Shown: piece by piece, positions 1 to 8,722 of the stretch | Layout of the letters: each line of letters starts with the position of its first letter | How positions within the stretch are numbered: the first letter of the stretch is position 1 | Made by a program: the position numbers and the translations under genes | The notes under the pieces: generated by a model | Seen by the model: only the letters and a program-made list of their open reading frames with translations | Databases searched by the model: none | What the model was told of the DNA's origin: nothing | Source of the DNA: Candidatus Heimdallarchaeota archaeon | Lineage (GTDB): Archaea > Asgardarchaeota > Heimdallarchaeia > JABLTI01 | Direction: 5' to 3' | Length of the DNA stretch: 64,000 nt | NCBI GenBank assembly: GCA_018238155.1 | Contig: JABCTZ010000041.1 | Location: 48,540 to 112,539 of the forward strand

Positions 1-444
1 ATCATACGTGGGTTACTATGTGAAAAATCTGAAATTATTAAAAAGGAAATACCAAAATCAAAGCTAGACCACTATAATACTATTGAAGAAGAAATAGAAA
101 AGTTGAATGATTTTTTCACCTCATTTAATGCTTTAATTATGATTTTAAATGAAGAAGGTAAAATATTATTTGTTTCGCCAAATATAGATGAGAGTAAGCT
201 TTACCAACCTAAGAATAAGATTATTGGAAAAAAACTAAATGAAATTTTCCCAAAAGGACAAGCAAAATTTTTCACACAATATATCAATGAAGTTTTCAGA
301 AATGGAGAAGCAATCAGCTTCGAGTACCATTTGCCTATTAATAACAAAGTATTATGGTTCCAATGTAGAATTATTCCAGTGTATGTCAAAGATGAGAAAT
401 TTACTCAAACTGTTGCAATTATCAGGGACATAACGAAATGGTGA
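1..444 (+). CDS. PAS-domain protein, 5' end truncated by the window edge
   Basis: Frame 1 is open from base 1 to TGA at 444. PAS/PAC pattern ILNEEGKILFVSPN...IIGKKLNEIFP...WFQCRIIP...AIIRDITKW. Confidence 0.8.
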   Translation: MIRGLLCEKSEIIKKEIPKSKLDHYNTIEEEIEKLNDFFTSFNALIMILNEEGKILFVSPNIDESKLYQPKNKIIGKKLNEIFPKGQAKFFTQYINEVFRNGEAISFEYHLPINNKVLWFQCRIIPVYVKDEKFTQTVAIIRDITKW

Positions 445-563
445 GTAGAACCTATTGCCAAAGAAAAGTAAATTTTTCACAGATAATTTTTTCATGTAAC
501 ATCTAACCAAAAGTATTATTATTTAATAAAATAATAACACAATCCATTCTAGGATGAATCTCA

Positions 564-2627
564 ATGGAACTTCATAAACTTTGGCCGAAAGAATTACAAA
601 CTCACTACTGGCGTTTAGATGAAAATTATCACAATTTAATTCTAGCAAAAGTCAAAGAAAACACAAAAGGAAAAAACATTCTAATGAATTTTATCTCTGC
701 AATAGACGAGTTAATAGATTCGAAAGGTATGTGCATGAGTAATTCTGAATTCTTATTCTTAGCTGCAGCTGTAAAGGTTATTCAAGGTAAATCTGAAGCA
801 ATTCAAGATATTTGCAGAATGGATGAATTTCATCCGGGATTACATAATGCTAAAGCCTTTAATTTAATTTCAAGGAAAAAATTTACTGAAGTGCCTTCAT
901 TAATTAAGAAAGCCAAAAAATTTGCTAAAGATGTAGATCCCTATAATTATCTTTATGCTCTTTCCAATGAGATATTGATGTTATATTACACAGGAGTATT
1001 TGGTATTATAAAAGATCGGCTAATTTCTCTTAATAAAGAATATAAAAAGATTATAGGCAAATTACCTGAAGGAGATAAAAATAGATTAGCTGCTTTAGAA
1101 GCTTGCATATTAGGTAAATCTGTAGTAATTTCCTTGAAACGAAGAGAAGGAAGGATAGAAGAAGGAGCATCGATAGGCCAAGAACTTATTGCGAAAGCAA
1201 GAGTAACAGAAAACCGTTATTTGCTTAATCGTCTTCTAAATAATACCGCTTTGTGTTTAGTGGAAAGTGGAAACCTAAGAGCCGGTTTAAAATATCTTGA
1301 AGAAGCATTTGCTTTTTCAGAAAATTTGGGAAATGAGATCCAATTATCTATTGGAGGAAATAATATTGGTTTTATTTATCGAAATATGGGAAATATTGAG
1401 CAAGCAATGAAATATTTCTACATTGCTCTTGAGCATTCTAAACAAGCAGGAATTGCCCCATACATTATTGCAACTGAAACTAATATAGCTCATTTACACC
1501 TAGATTTCGGAAATCCAAAACTTGCACTTGCAGATTCAGATATAGCAATGGAAAGCTTAGAGAATAGCAATGTTCCTGTACCACCATCAATAGTAATTGC
1601 TTTAGATTTATGTCGTGCAGATATCTTTGAATACTTGGAAGATTTCGATAAAGTTCGTGAAACTCTTGAACATGCTCTCGAGTTAGTTAAATCTGCAGAT
1701 TTGAACAAGGAAACACCTAAAATTAAATTAAGATTTGCCCGAATTTCTGCAAAACAACAAAACCTTGGAGAAGCAAATCAAAAACTTACAGAAGCGCTCA
1801 CATTTGCAATTGCAAACAATTCATATGAAATAATTGTTAATGCTAAACTGCAATTAGCTGAGATTGATTTATTGAGATACCGTATGACAAATCAAAATAT
1901 TCTTTTGTTAGCTGCTTACGAAAAAATACTCGATTCAGAACAACTTTGTCTTGAGCAAGATTACAAATTAATTTTAATTGATGTTTATATTTTGAAAGGA
2001 TTATTACTTTCGATAAATAATAAAAAGAAAGAGGGAATAAAAGCATTAGAAAAGGCTATTGAATTAGCGCAAGATCTAAATATCCTTGAAAAAGAACAAG
2101 AAGCAAGAAACCAGCTAAGTGAAATTGAGAAAGAAAAGAAAAGTTTACTTGTTAGAATATTTACTCGGATAAACAAATCAATTAGATCAACGATTGCTTT
2201 TGAAAGTGTTACTGGACCTAAAAAAATTGAATCAGATATTCGTGCTTTATTCCTTATCACAAGAGAATCCGGTTTACCATTCTATCAGAAGGACTTTAGT
2301 GAATCCAAACAAATTGATTCCGGATTATTATCGGGTTTATTATCAGCAATTAGAACCATGAGTCAAACAATACTTAATGCAAAAGAAGGTGGTTTGAAAT
2401 TAATTGACCATGGAAATGTAGCAATAATGCTTGAAACACGTGAAAGGTTATTTTTTGCTCTGGTTGTTTCAAAGGAAACATACTTGATTCGTGAAAAACT
2501 ACGTGATTTTGCAGATTCTTTATCTGATGAAGCAATTATTAAGATAATTGATCAAGGTGTGATAAACATAACAGATAAACAAAAAATATTGATCGAGGAT
2601 CTTATCACTAATACATTTACCAAATAA
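564..2627 (+). CDS. TPR-repeat protein with C-terminal longin/roadblock-like domain
   Basis: TPR-like units (NNIGFIYRNMGNIEQAMKYFYIAL). C-terminus LFLITRESGLPFY...DSGLLSGLLSAIRTMS is typical of Asgard longin-like domains. Confidence 0.75.
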   Translation: MELHKLWPKELQTHYWRLDENYHNLILAKVKENTKGKNILMNFISAIDELIDSKGMCMSNSEFLFLAAAVKVIQGKSEAIQDICRMDEFHPGLHNAKAFNLISRKKFTEVPSLIKKAKKFAKDVDPYNYLYALSNEILMLYYTGVFGIIKDRLISLNKEYKKIIGKLPEGDKNRLAALEACILGKSVVISLKRREGRIEEGASIGQELIAKARVTENRYLLNRLLNNTALCLVESGNLRAGLKYLEEAFAFSENLGNEIQLSIGGNNIGFIYRNMGNIEQAMKYFYIALEHSKQAGIAPYIIATETNIAHLHLDFGNPKLALADSDIAMESLENSNVPVPPSIVIALDLCRADIFEYLEDFDKVRETLEHALELVKSADLNKETPKIKLRFARISAKQQNLGEANQKLTEALTFAIANNSYEIIVNAKLQLAEIDLLRYRMTNQNILLLAAYEKILDSEQLCLEQDYKLILIDVYILKGLLLSINNKKKEGIKALEKAIELAQDLNILEKEQEARNQLSEIEKEKKSLLVRIFTRINKSIRSTIAFESVTGPKKIESDIRALFLITRESGLPFYQKDFSESKQIDSGLLSGLLSAIRTMSQTILNAKEGGLKLIDHGNVAIMLETRERLFFALVVSKETYLIREKLRDFADSLSDEAIIKIIDQGVINITDKQKILIEDLITNTFTK

Positions 2628-4055
2628 TTATTTGCTTTTAGTAAAGAATTCAGCGTTCAATGAAATAAGATTACTCATACCATAAGGTATTTTTTTTACT
2701 AATCCTTTTACTTGTAATCGACCGACACATCTGGAAATAGTTGACTTTGATAAGGAAGTTCTTCTACAAATGGCTGCTTGTGTTAATTCTTTTCCATCAA
2801 GTATTTGTTCAAAAACAAGAAATTCCTTCTCAGTTAAGATTTCCTTCCATTTATCCTTATCAATTTGCATAATAGCATTTTTTGTTTCTTTATCATGTGT
2901 CTCAAGATTAGTTGTATCTCGTTTCTTTGAAAATAACCATTTATCATTTCTATATAAAATAAATAGAGTTGAGCCAATTCCTACTAGAAATAAACTTGAG
3001 ATAGTTGTACTGAATATTACTGCTAAATTACTAATAGTATTTACTTGACCTGTGACTGTAATTTCTATTGGAAAAGCATCAATACTAAAAATAATAGAGA
3101 TGTTTCCAGATATTGAACCAACATGAGTTGTATCAATTTCTGCTTTAAGATACATTGCTCTTCCAACAGCTAAACTCCACGATGTGAAATTTATTCTAAT
3201 CCATTTTGGAGCTTGAATTGTCCCTCCTAATGGAATGCTTTCATTATTTATTATTAGAAATATTCGATCAATGTTTTTGGTATTTCTTCTTACTTTTCCA
3301 ACATTCCATTCATTTGGAGATATGTCGAGTTCTTCAAGAATTAATGGACTCGTGAAATTTATATTCGAATAAAACGAGATCTTGTTTACTTCTAACCAGG
3401 ATAAAACAAGTCTTTTCCCAATAGTCGAAATTGTATGTGGGTTTGGAATAGATTTTATCAATGCTAATCCTTTGTCAAAAATAATCTTAGTATTTTGTGT
3501 GCCCACACGTCGTAACCAATCTATTCCTAATTTATAATTATATTTTGTTGATAATTCCTCTGTATCTTGAATGAAAGTAATTTTAATATTTCTTGTGAAA
3601 CCCACAGGAATACTTGATGACAGCGTAAATTGTATTTTTGTAGAATTCGTTAATTTTGTTGCCGTGAAAGGTAATATTTTGCTATCTGATTCAATGACTT
3701 GAATATTCCGAACGAAACCGGCGACTTCAATAGTTTCGATATTTATGCTTTGAAGTGAGTTTATTCCTTCAACTCCAACAAATTCAATATCTAATTGTAT
3801 TTGAGCTGTTTTTGTGTGTAAATAACTAGTTATTTTTCCACTAGAAATATCATAATTTGTTTCTTGTAAGGGTGAGATAGTATTTGGGATAACTGTTGTT
3901 ACAAATGGTGAACTCAAATCACCTACTGAAGTTGTTTCACCTTTCAATAAAGAAGAGAACATAAATTGACTAATAGGGTTTAATGAAAACAATGATGCTA
4001 AAAATATCACAACAACTAGGATTGTTAGTATTTTTCTTGTGTTCTTTTTTAGCAT
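2628..4055 (-). CDS. Membrane-anchored transcription regulator (ectodomain + TM + C-terminal winged HTH)
   Basis: N-terminal signal/TM, beta-rich ectodomain, TM near aa 345-368, C-terminal LTQAAICRRTSLSKSTISRCVGRLQVKGLV HTH. Confidence 0.75.
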   Translation of the reverse strand: MLKKNTRKILTILVVVIFLASLFSLNPISQFMFSSLLKGETTSVGDLSSPFVTTVIPNTISPLQETNYDISSGKITSYLHTKTAQIQLDIEFVGVEGINSLQSINIETIEVAGFVRNIQVIESDSKILPFTATKLTNSTKIQFTLSSSIPVGFTRNIKITFIQDTEELSTKYNYKLGIDWLRRVGTQNTKIIFDKGLALIKSIPNPHTISTIGKRLVLSWLEVNKISFYSNINFTSPLILEELDISPNEWNVGKVRRNTKNIDRIFLIINNESIPLGGTIQAPKWIRINFTSWSLAVGRAMYLKAEIDTTHVGSISGNISIIFSIDAFPIEITVTGQVNTISNLAVIFSTTISSLFLVGIGSTLFILYRNDKWLFSKKRDTTNLETHDKETKNAIMQIDKDKWKEILTEKEFLVFEQILDGKELTQAAICRRTSLSKSTISRCVGRLQVKGLVKKIPYGMSNLISLNAEFFTKSK

Positions 4056-4109
4056 GATTAATTACTCCAATTAGTTATTACTTCAATAGGTTTATTCAAA
4101 ACTTTAAAA

Positions 4110-5411
4110 TTATCTAAATAAAAGCAATAGGAAGAGCTGATTCAGATAGTATCTGAGAAGTGCACCTTGGAAAATGAAAAGCCATTGGCCATTCCAATAA
4201 CTCACAGACTCTTCATTAATAGAATATATTGTGCTAAAAGCGATAAACTCTGTAATAGCATAAACAATTGCTTCAATTTGCTCTGGGAGCATTTGAGAAT
4301 CAGGATCATTAAAAACTTCAAAGAATAGCACTTTTGAGGTTTCATCCAATATCTCTACATAAGCATAATTTTGATAATTTGTTAAAGAATTTACATAAAC
4401 ATACCATAAACCATAGTAATCATCAAACCAAGCGTAACTTTCGTAAGAACCAAGTGTTTCAATGAAAGATTGTACTTCAGGTATTGCTTTTGAAATAGCT
4501 ATTACTTCAGTTTTAGTCAATTGTGCTTCTTTATTTTGGATAATTGAAAGTATGTCCTCAGTCTCATCACAAACAACAATACTGATCCAACTGTTTTTTG
4601 GAAAAGTTTCTATTGTCCAATAGTCAATAAACCAAACATTATCTGTTATATTATAATAACAATTCATTTGTTTAGTTGGTTCACTCCAAGTAGTATAATT
4701 ATCATACATTATATCAGAATAATAGATATTTATCTCATTATCAGGATTTTCTAAAATCCAATTTTGTACTTCTGAAAGAACCTCAACAATGAGGATAATC
4801 TCTTCTGGAGTATGTAGTGCGCCTTCAAATGGCTCATAAATATCAAAAGAAATCACTGAACCGTCAATATTTGAAATAATTACGCATGCTGAATAGTACT
4901 CATCATAGTAATCGATAATCCAACTACTATAGCCATCAAACCAAGCAAAAAAGCAAGCATTTTCATGAACATCTAACCAAGTAGAAATTTCAGGTATTGC
5001 ATTAGCAATATCGATTATTTCACTCTCAGTATAATTTGGTGTTAAAGGTGAATAGACTTCATAATATAGCACTTCACCTGTTGAAGCTTCAATCTCAATG
5101 TACGCGTAATTTAACCAACAATAGAAATCTTCGGTGTAATTGATATTTCCAGTATAAAATTCAACTATCCATATATTATCAATCAAATTTGTGGAAACGG
5201 AAGTTACATCATTTTCTTCAATAAAATTTGCTACCTCAGGGATACTACTAGCAATATCTATTGCATCTTGAAAAGATAGTGATTGTTTATTTCTAAGGTT
5301 ATTTGCAATCAATGAACCTGTAAGAACAGAAGTACCTGCTAAAACAGCAGTCATTATCATTGAAATAATGACAAAAGTATTCCCATGCTTTGATCGATTA
5401 AATACTTTCAT
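4110..5411 (-). CDS. Secreted acidic repeat protein (about five PepSY-like repeats)
   Basis: N-terminal hydrophobic anchor. Repeats IDIASSIPEVANFI / IDIANAIPEISTWL / ILIVEVLSEVQNWI / IAISKAIPEVQSFI, each followed by W-x-V/I and an IEASTGEVL-like turn. Confidence 0.6.
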   Translation of the reverse strand: MKVFNRSKHGNTFVIISMIMTAVLAGTSVLTGSLIANNLRNKQSLSFQDAIDIASSIPEVANFIEENDVTSVSTNLIDNIWIVEFYTGNINYTEDFYCWLNYAYIEIEASTGEVLYYEVYSPLTPNYTESEIIDIANAIPEISTWLDVHENACFFAWFDGYSSWIIDYYDEYYSACVIISNIDGSVISFDIYEPFEGALHTPEEIILIVEVLSEVQNWILENPDNEINIYYSDIMYDNYTTWSEPTKQMNCYYNITDNVWFIDYWTIETFPKNSWISIVVCDETEDILSIIQNKEAQLTKTEVIAISKAIPEVQSFIETLGSYESYAWFDDYYGLWYVYVNSLTNYQNYAYVEILDETSKVLFFEVFNDPDSQMLPEQIEAIVYAITEFIAFSTIYSINEESVSYWNGQWLFIFQGALLRYYLNQLFLLLLFR

Positions 5412-5860
5412 TTTTGTTCCTTACTCCTTGTAATCCAAATATCATCAATATTTAATTTGACTATTGAGTTACTATAACTGAAACAACTTAAAAAACTAGA
5501 CATTCAAATAGTTCACTTTTTTTGAACTCTTGAAATGGGGATAAAATTGACTGTCTTCTCAAAACAAAACTTAATCTTGTCCTGTAATAAACTTGAGATA
5601 CTGCAATAAATGGTTCTTAGAAACGAAAATTAAGTACTAAAAACCAAAGTGAATGACTAATTAGTGCCAAAAGATTAAATTAAATTAAAGTTCAAGCATA
5701 CATGAGCAGAGACAGATTCCTCTAGTAAGATGAGAGGTACTGTTGGGATTAGTTTTTGCTCACTTCTTATTGCTGCTTAACAAGCAAATAATCCTGATTT
5801 CTTTGCAAAAAAATTATCAACTACTAAATGAATTACGAATATAAACAGTTGGTAATTAAG

Positions 5861-6421
5861 ATGGTTAAAATTGAAAAAGAACCCAGAGCAGCAGCTTATC
5901 CAGCTCCTGCAGCTTTAGTCTCTGCTTATGATGAAAAAGGAAATGCCAATGCAATGACAGCAGCATGGATTTCTAATATTTGTGCAGAACCTTCTACAGT
6001 AGTAGTTGGTATTCGAGACAACAGATATACTTTCGATCTGATAGAAAAATCAGGTTGTTTTGGAGTAAATATCCCAAATGTAGCAATTGCTAAAGAAACA
6101 GATTATTTTGGTGTTGTTTCAGGTAGAGATACAGATAAATTCAAAGATACCGGTTTAACAGTCTTCAAAGGTAAAGAAGTCAATGTCCCTTTAATAAATC
6201 AATGTCCAATAAATATTGAGTGTAAAGTGATTAAACAAGTAAAAATCGGGTCACATCATGCATTTTTTGGAGAAGTATTGAAAGTGTATTATGATGAGAG
6301 CATGTTGGATGAAAAAGGAGCACCTGATATTTTACTTGCTGATGTTCTAGCTTATGGTACTGGAAAATACTACTCACTTAAAGAATCAATAGACACATAT
6401 GGTTTTTCTAAGAGGAAATGA
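5861..6421 (+). CDS. Flavin reductase family protein
   Basis: YPAPAALVS...NAMTAAW...RYTFDLIEKSGCFGVNIP...SGRDTDKF...CPINIEC...GSHHAFFGEV. ATG at 5861 preferred over 5828. Confidence 0.9.
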   Translation: MVKIEKEPRAAAYPAPAALVSAYDEKGNANAMTAAWISNICAEPSTVVVGIRDNRYTFDLIEKSGCFGVNIPNVAIAKETDYFGVVSGRDTDKFKDTGLTVFKGKEVNVPLINQCPINIECKVIKQVKIGSHHAFFGEVLKVYYDESMLDEKGAPDILLADVLAYGTGKYYSLKESIDTYGFSKRK

Positions 6422-6615
6422 TTTTTTCTTATCTTTTAATATTCCATACTATCCAAAGTAAGATTAGGATTACTTGAAAGCGAAAAATAGACCATTATCC
6501 TTTTTTTAGGAGGATGAAATAATTGAGAACGATGAACAAGTGATAATCAAAATTAAAAAAATTATATTATCTGTAGAATAAGAATTGATTTAAAGAAACA
6601 AGCAATGATTTTATT

Positions 6616-7485
6616 ATGGTGAAGATGTTGGGATTTAATGTTTTAACAGCAATTGTGAATATTGCAAATTATGAGAACACTAATTTAGAAATTTATAGCA
6701 CAAAATCGAAGATTAGGATAAACACAGTTGGGGAAAAGCTCGAGTACTATTTCAAGGATGCAATAGCAAACTCATTTCAAATAAAAGAACAAAGTAAAAG
6801 GATCAAAATACACTCTTCAGTTTTTTCATGGCTAGGTAATCAAAATAATCCTCCAGATATGATTATCAATAAGGGCGATGCTTTTGAAGTCAAGAAGAAT
6901 CAATCAATGAAATCCACTATTGCATTAAACAATTCTTATCCAAAAAACAAATTATACATAGATGATCCAAAAATAACCAAGGAATGTTTTTCTTGTGAAG
7001 AAGAACAGTGGGGCAGCAAGGATATTTTCTATGTAATAGGTTCAATGAATGGTACAAACCTCCAGCATCTATTTATCGTGCAAGGTGAATGTTATGCCGC
7101 GAATAGAAAAATCTACTCAAATTTACTCTTACAATTCAAAGCAAAAGTTGATACATTAATTCAAGAACAAAATATGGAATCCACAAAGACAAGAGAGGTT
7201 GGTAGGATAACAAGGGTTGATCCACTTGGAATAACTACTTTCAGGATTAGAGGTATGTGGGAAATAAGAAACCCATTGGTTGTTTTTGGTGATTACAATA
7301 TTAATTCTGAAAGATACAAACTTTCAGCTATTATGCTTAAAGAGAAATATCAATCCTTTGCTGAAAAGGACATAAAATTATTGGAATCAAACCCTAAAAT
7401 TATTGTTGAAAAAATAAGAATACCAAATCCTAACAACCCGGCAAAATTGTTAACGACAATACTTATCAATATCTTAAGAACTTGA
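6616..7485 (+). CDS. Type II restriction endonuclease, NgoPII-like (probably GGCC)
   Basis: GEKLEYYFKD, GNQNNPPD...GDAFEVKK (PD-(D/E)xK), LNNSYPK, VDPLGITTFRIRGMW, C-terminal PNNPAKL. Adjacent to a C5 methyltransferase. Confidence 0.8.
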   Translation: MVKMLGFNVLTAIVNIANYENTNLEIYSTKSKIRINTVGEKLEYYFKDAIANSFQIKEQSKRIKIHSSVFSWLGNQNNPPDMIINKGDAFEVKKNQSMKSTIALNNSYPKNKLYIDDPKITKECFSCEEEQWGSKDIFYVIGSMNGTNLQHLFIVQGECYAANRKIYSNLLLQFKAKVDTLIQEQNMESTKTREVGRITRVDPLGITTFRIRGMWEIRNPLVVFGDYNINSERYKLSAIMLKEKYQSFAEKDIKLLESNPKIIVEKIRIPNPNNPAKLLTTILINILRT

Positions 7486-7512
7486 CAAAATTACTAGCTT
7501 TATAAGTGAAAA

Positions 7513-8571
7513 ATGACATTAATTATCGAGGAAATAATTGTGAAAATTGTATCTCTATTCTCTGGTTGTGGAGGATTGGATTTAGGTTTCATAGAGGCTG
7601 GATTTAAGATTGTTTTTGCCAATGATAATGACAAAAATGTAATTGAAACCTATGAAAAAAACCATAACATGAAGCTTGACACTAGATCTATAACTGATAT
7701 AGCTTCAGATGAGATACCTCAAGCTATTGGAGTTATTGGTGGTCCACCTTGCCAAAGCTGGAGTATAGCAGGTAATCTAAAGGGAATAAACGACAATAGA
7801 GGAAAACTATTCTATGAATATGCTCGAGTTCTAAGAGATAAAAAGCCACTGTTCTTTGTAGCTGAAAATGTTCCGGGCATTCTTTATAAAAACAATATTG
7901 AAGAATTTAACAAACTGATTGAATTACTTGAATCTCTATCATATAAAATCACTTACCAACTAGTTGACTCACGCGATTACGGAGTACCACAATCAAGAAG
8001 TAGAGTAATAATTATAGGATTTAAAAAAAGTTTAGATCATAAATTTGTTTTCCCACGTTCAACACATTCTAATAATCAACAAAAACTCTTTTCAACAAAT
8101 AAATGGTTAACATTGAAAGATGCCATAAGCGATTTACCTGAAGCAAAACCTGGTCTTAATAAGACTCACGCAAATGATGAGTTAGACATACCAAATCATG
8201 AATATATGCTTGGATCATTTTCTTCACATTATATGTCTAGGAACAGAAGACGAAACTGGAATGAACAATCTTTTACAATTCAAGCAGGTGGAAGGCATGC
8301 TCCACTTCATCCTGACTCAAGTGAGATGATAAAAGTAGCAGAGGATCTTTTTGAGTTTAAAGATAATAATCTAAAATATAGAAGATTATCAGTTAGAGAA
8401 TGCGCCAGACTTCAAACATTTCCTGATGATTTTATTTTTTATTATAAAAATCTTGTAAATGGGTATAAAATGGTTGGAAATGCAGTACCAGTCAAATTAG
8501 CTGCAATTCTAGCAAAACAAATTATGAAAGATTTGTTAAAACTAGAAATTTCTGAAAACAATAAAAAATAG
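7513..8571 (+). CDS. dcm: DNA (cytosine-5) methyltransferase, HaeIII/NgoPII-like
   Basis: Motif I LFSGCGG, IV GGPPCQSWS, VI ENV, VIII QSRSR, target-recognition region FTIQAGGRHAPLHP, IX/X RECARLQTFP / GNAVP. Confidence 0.95.
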   Translation: MTLIIEEIIVKIVSLFSGCGGLDLGFIEAGFKIVFANDNDKNVIETYEKNHNMKLDTRSITDIASDEIPQAIGVIGGPPCQSWSIAGNLKGINDNRGKLFYEYARVLRDKKPLFFVAENVPGILYKNNIEEFNKLIELLESLSYKITYQLVDSRDYGVPQSRSRVIIIGFKKSLDHKFVFPRSTHSNNQQKLFSTNKWLTLKDAISDLPEAKPGLNKTHANDELDIPNHEYMLGSFSSHYMSRNRRRNWNEQSFTIQAGGRHAPLHPDSSEMIKVAEDLFEFKDNNLKYRRLSVRECARLQTFPDDFIFYYKNLVNGYKMVGNAVPVKLAAILAKQIMKDLLKLEISENNKK

Positions 8572-8722
8572 ATATCAACTAGAAATTTTGAATCAATTTA
8601 TAATGGTTTTTTTTCTTTAAAATTTAAAATAATACTCTTTTTAAGCGAAAATTCCTATTTAAATAGACTTTAATAAGAATTGCAAGAGTGTTCGAATATC
8701 AATTTGAGGGTGTGGCTTTTTT

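Noticed and set aside
4110-4200. Possible frameshift at the 3' end of the PepSY-like repeat gene (last repeat looks truncated)
   Set aside because: Neither alternative frame restores a convincing repeat continuation.
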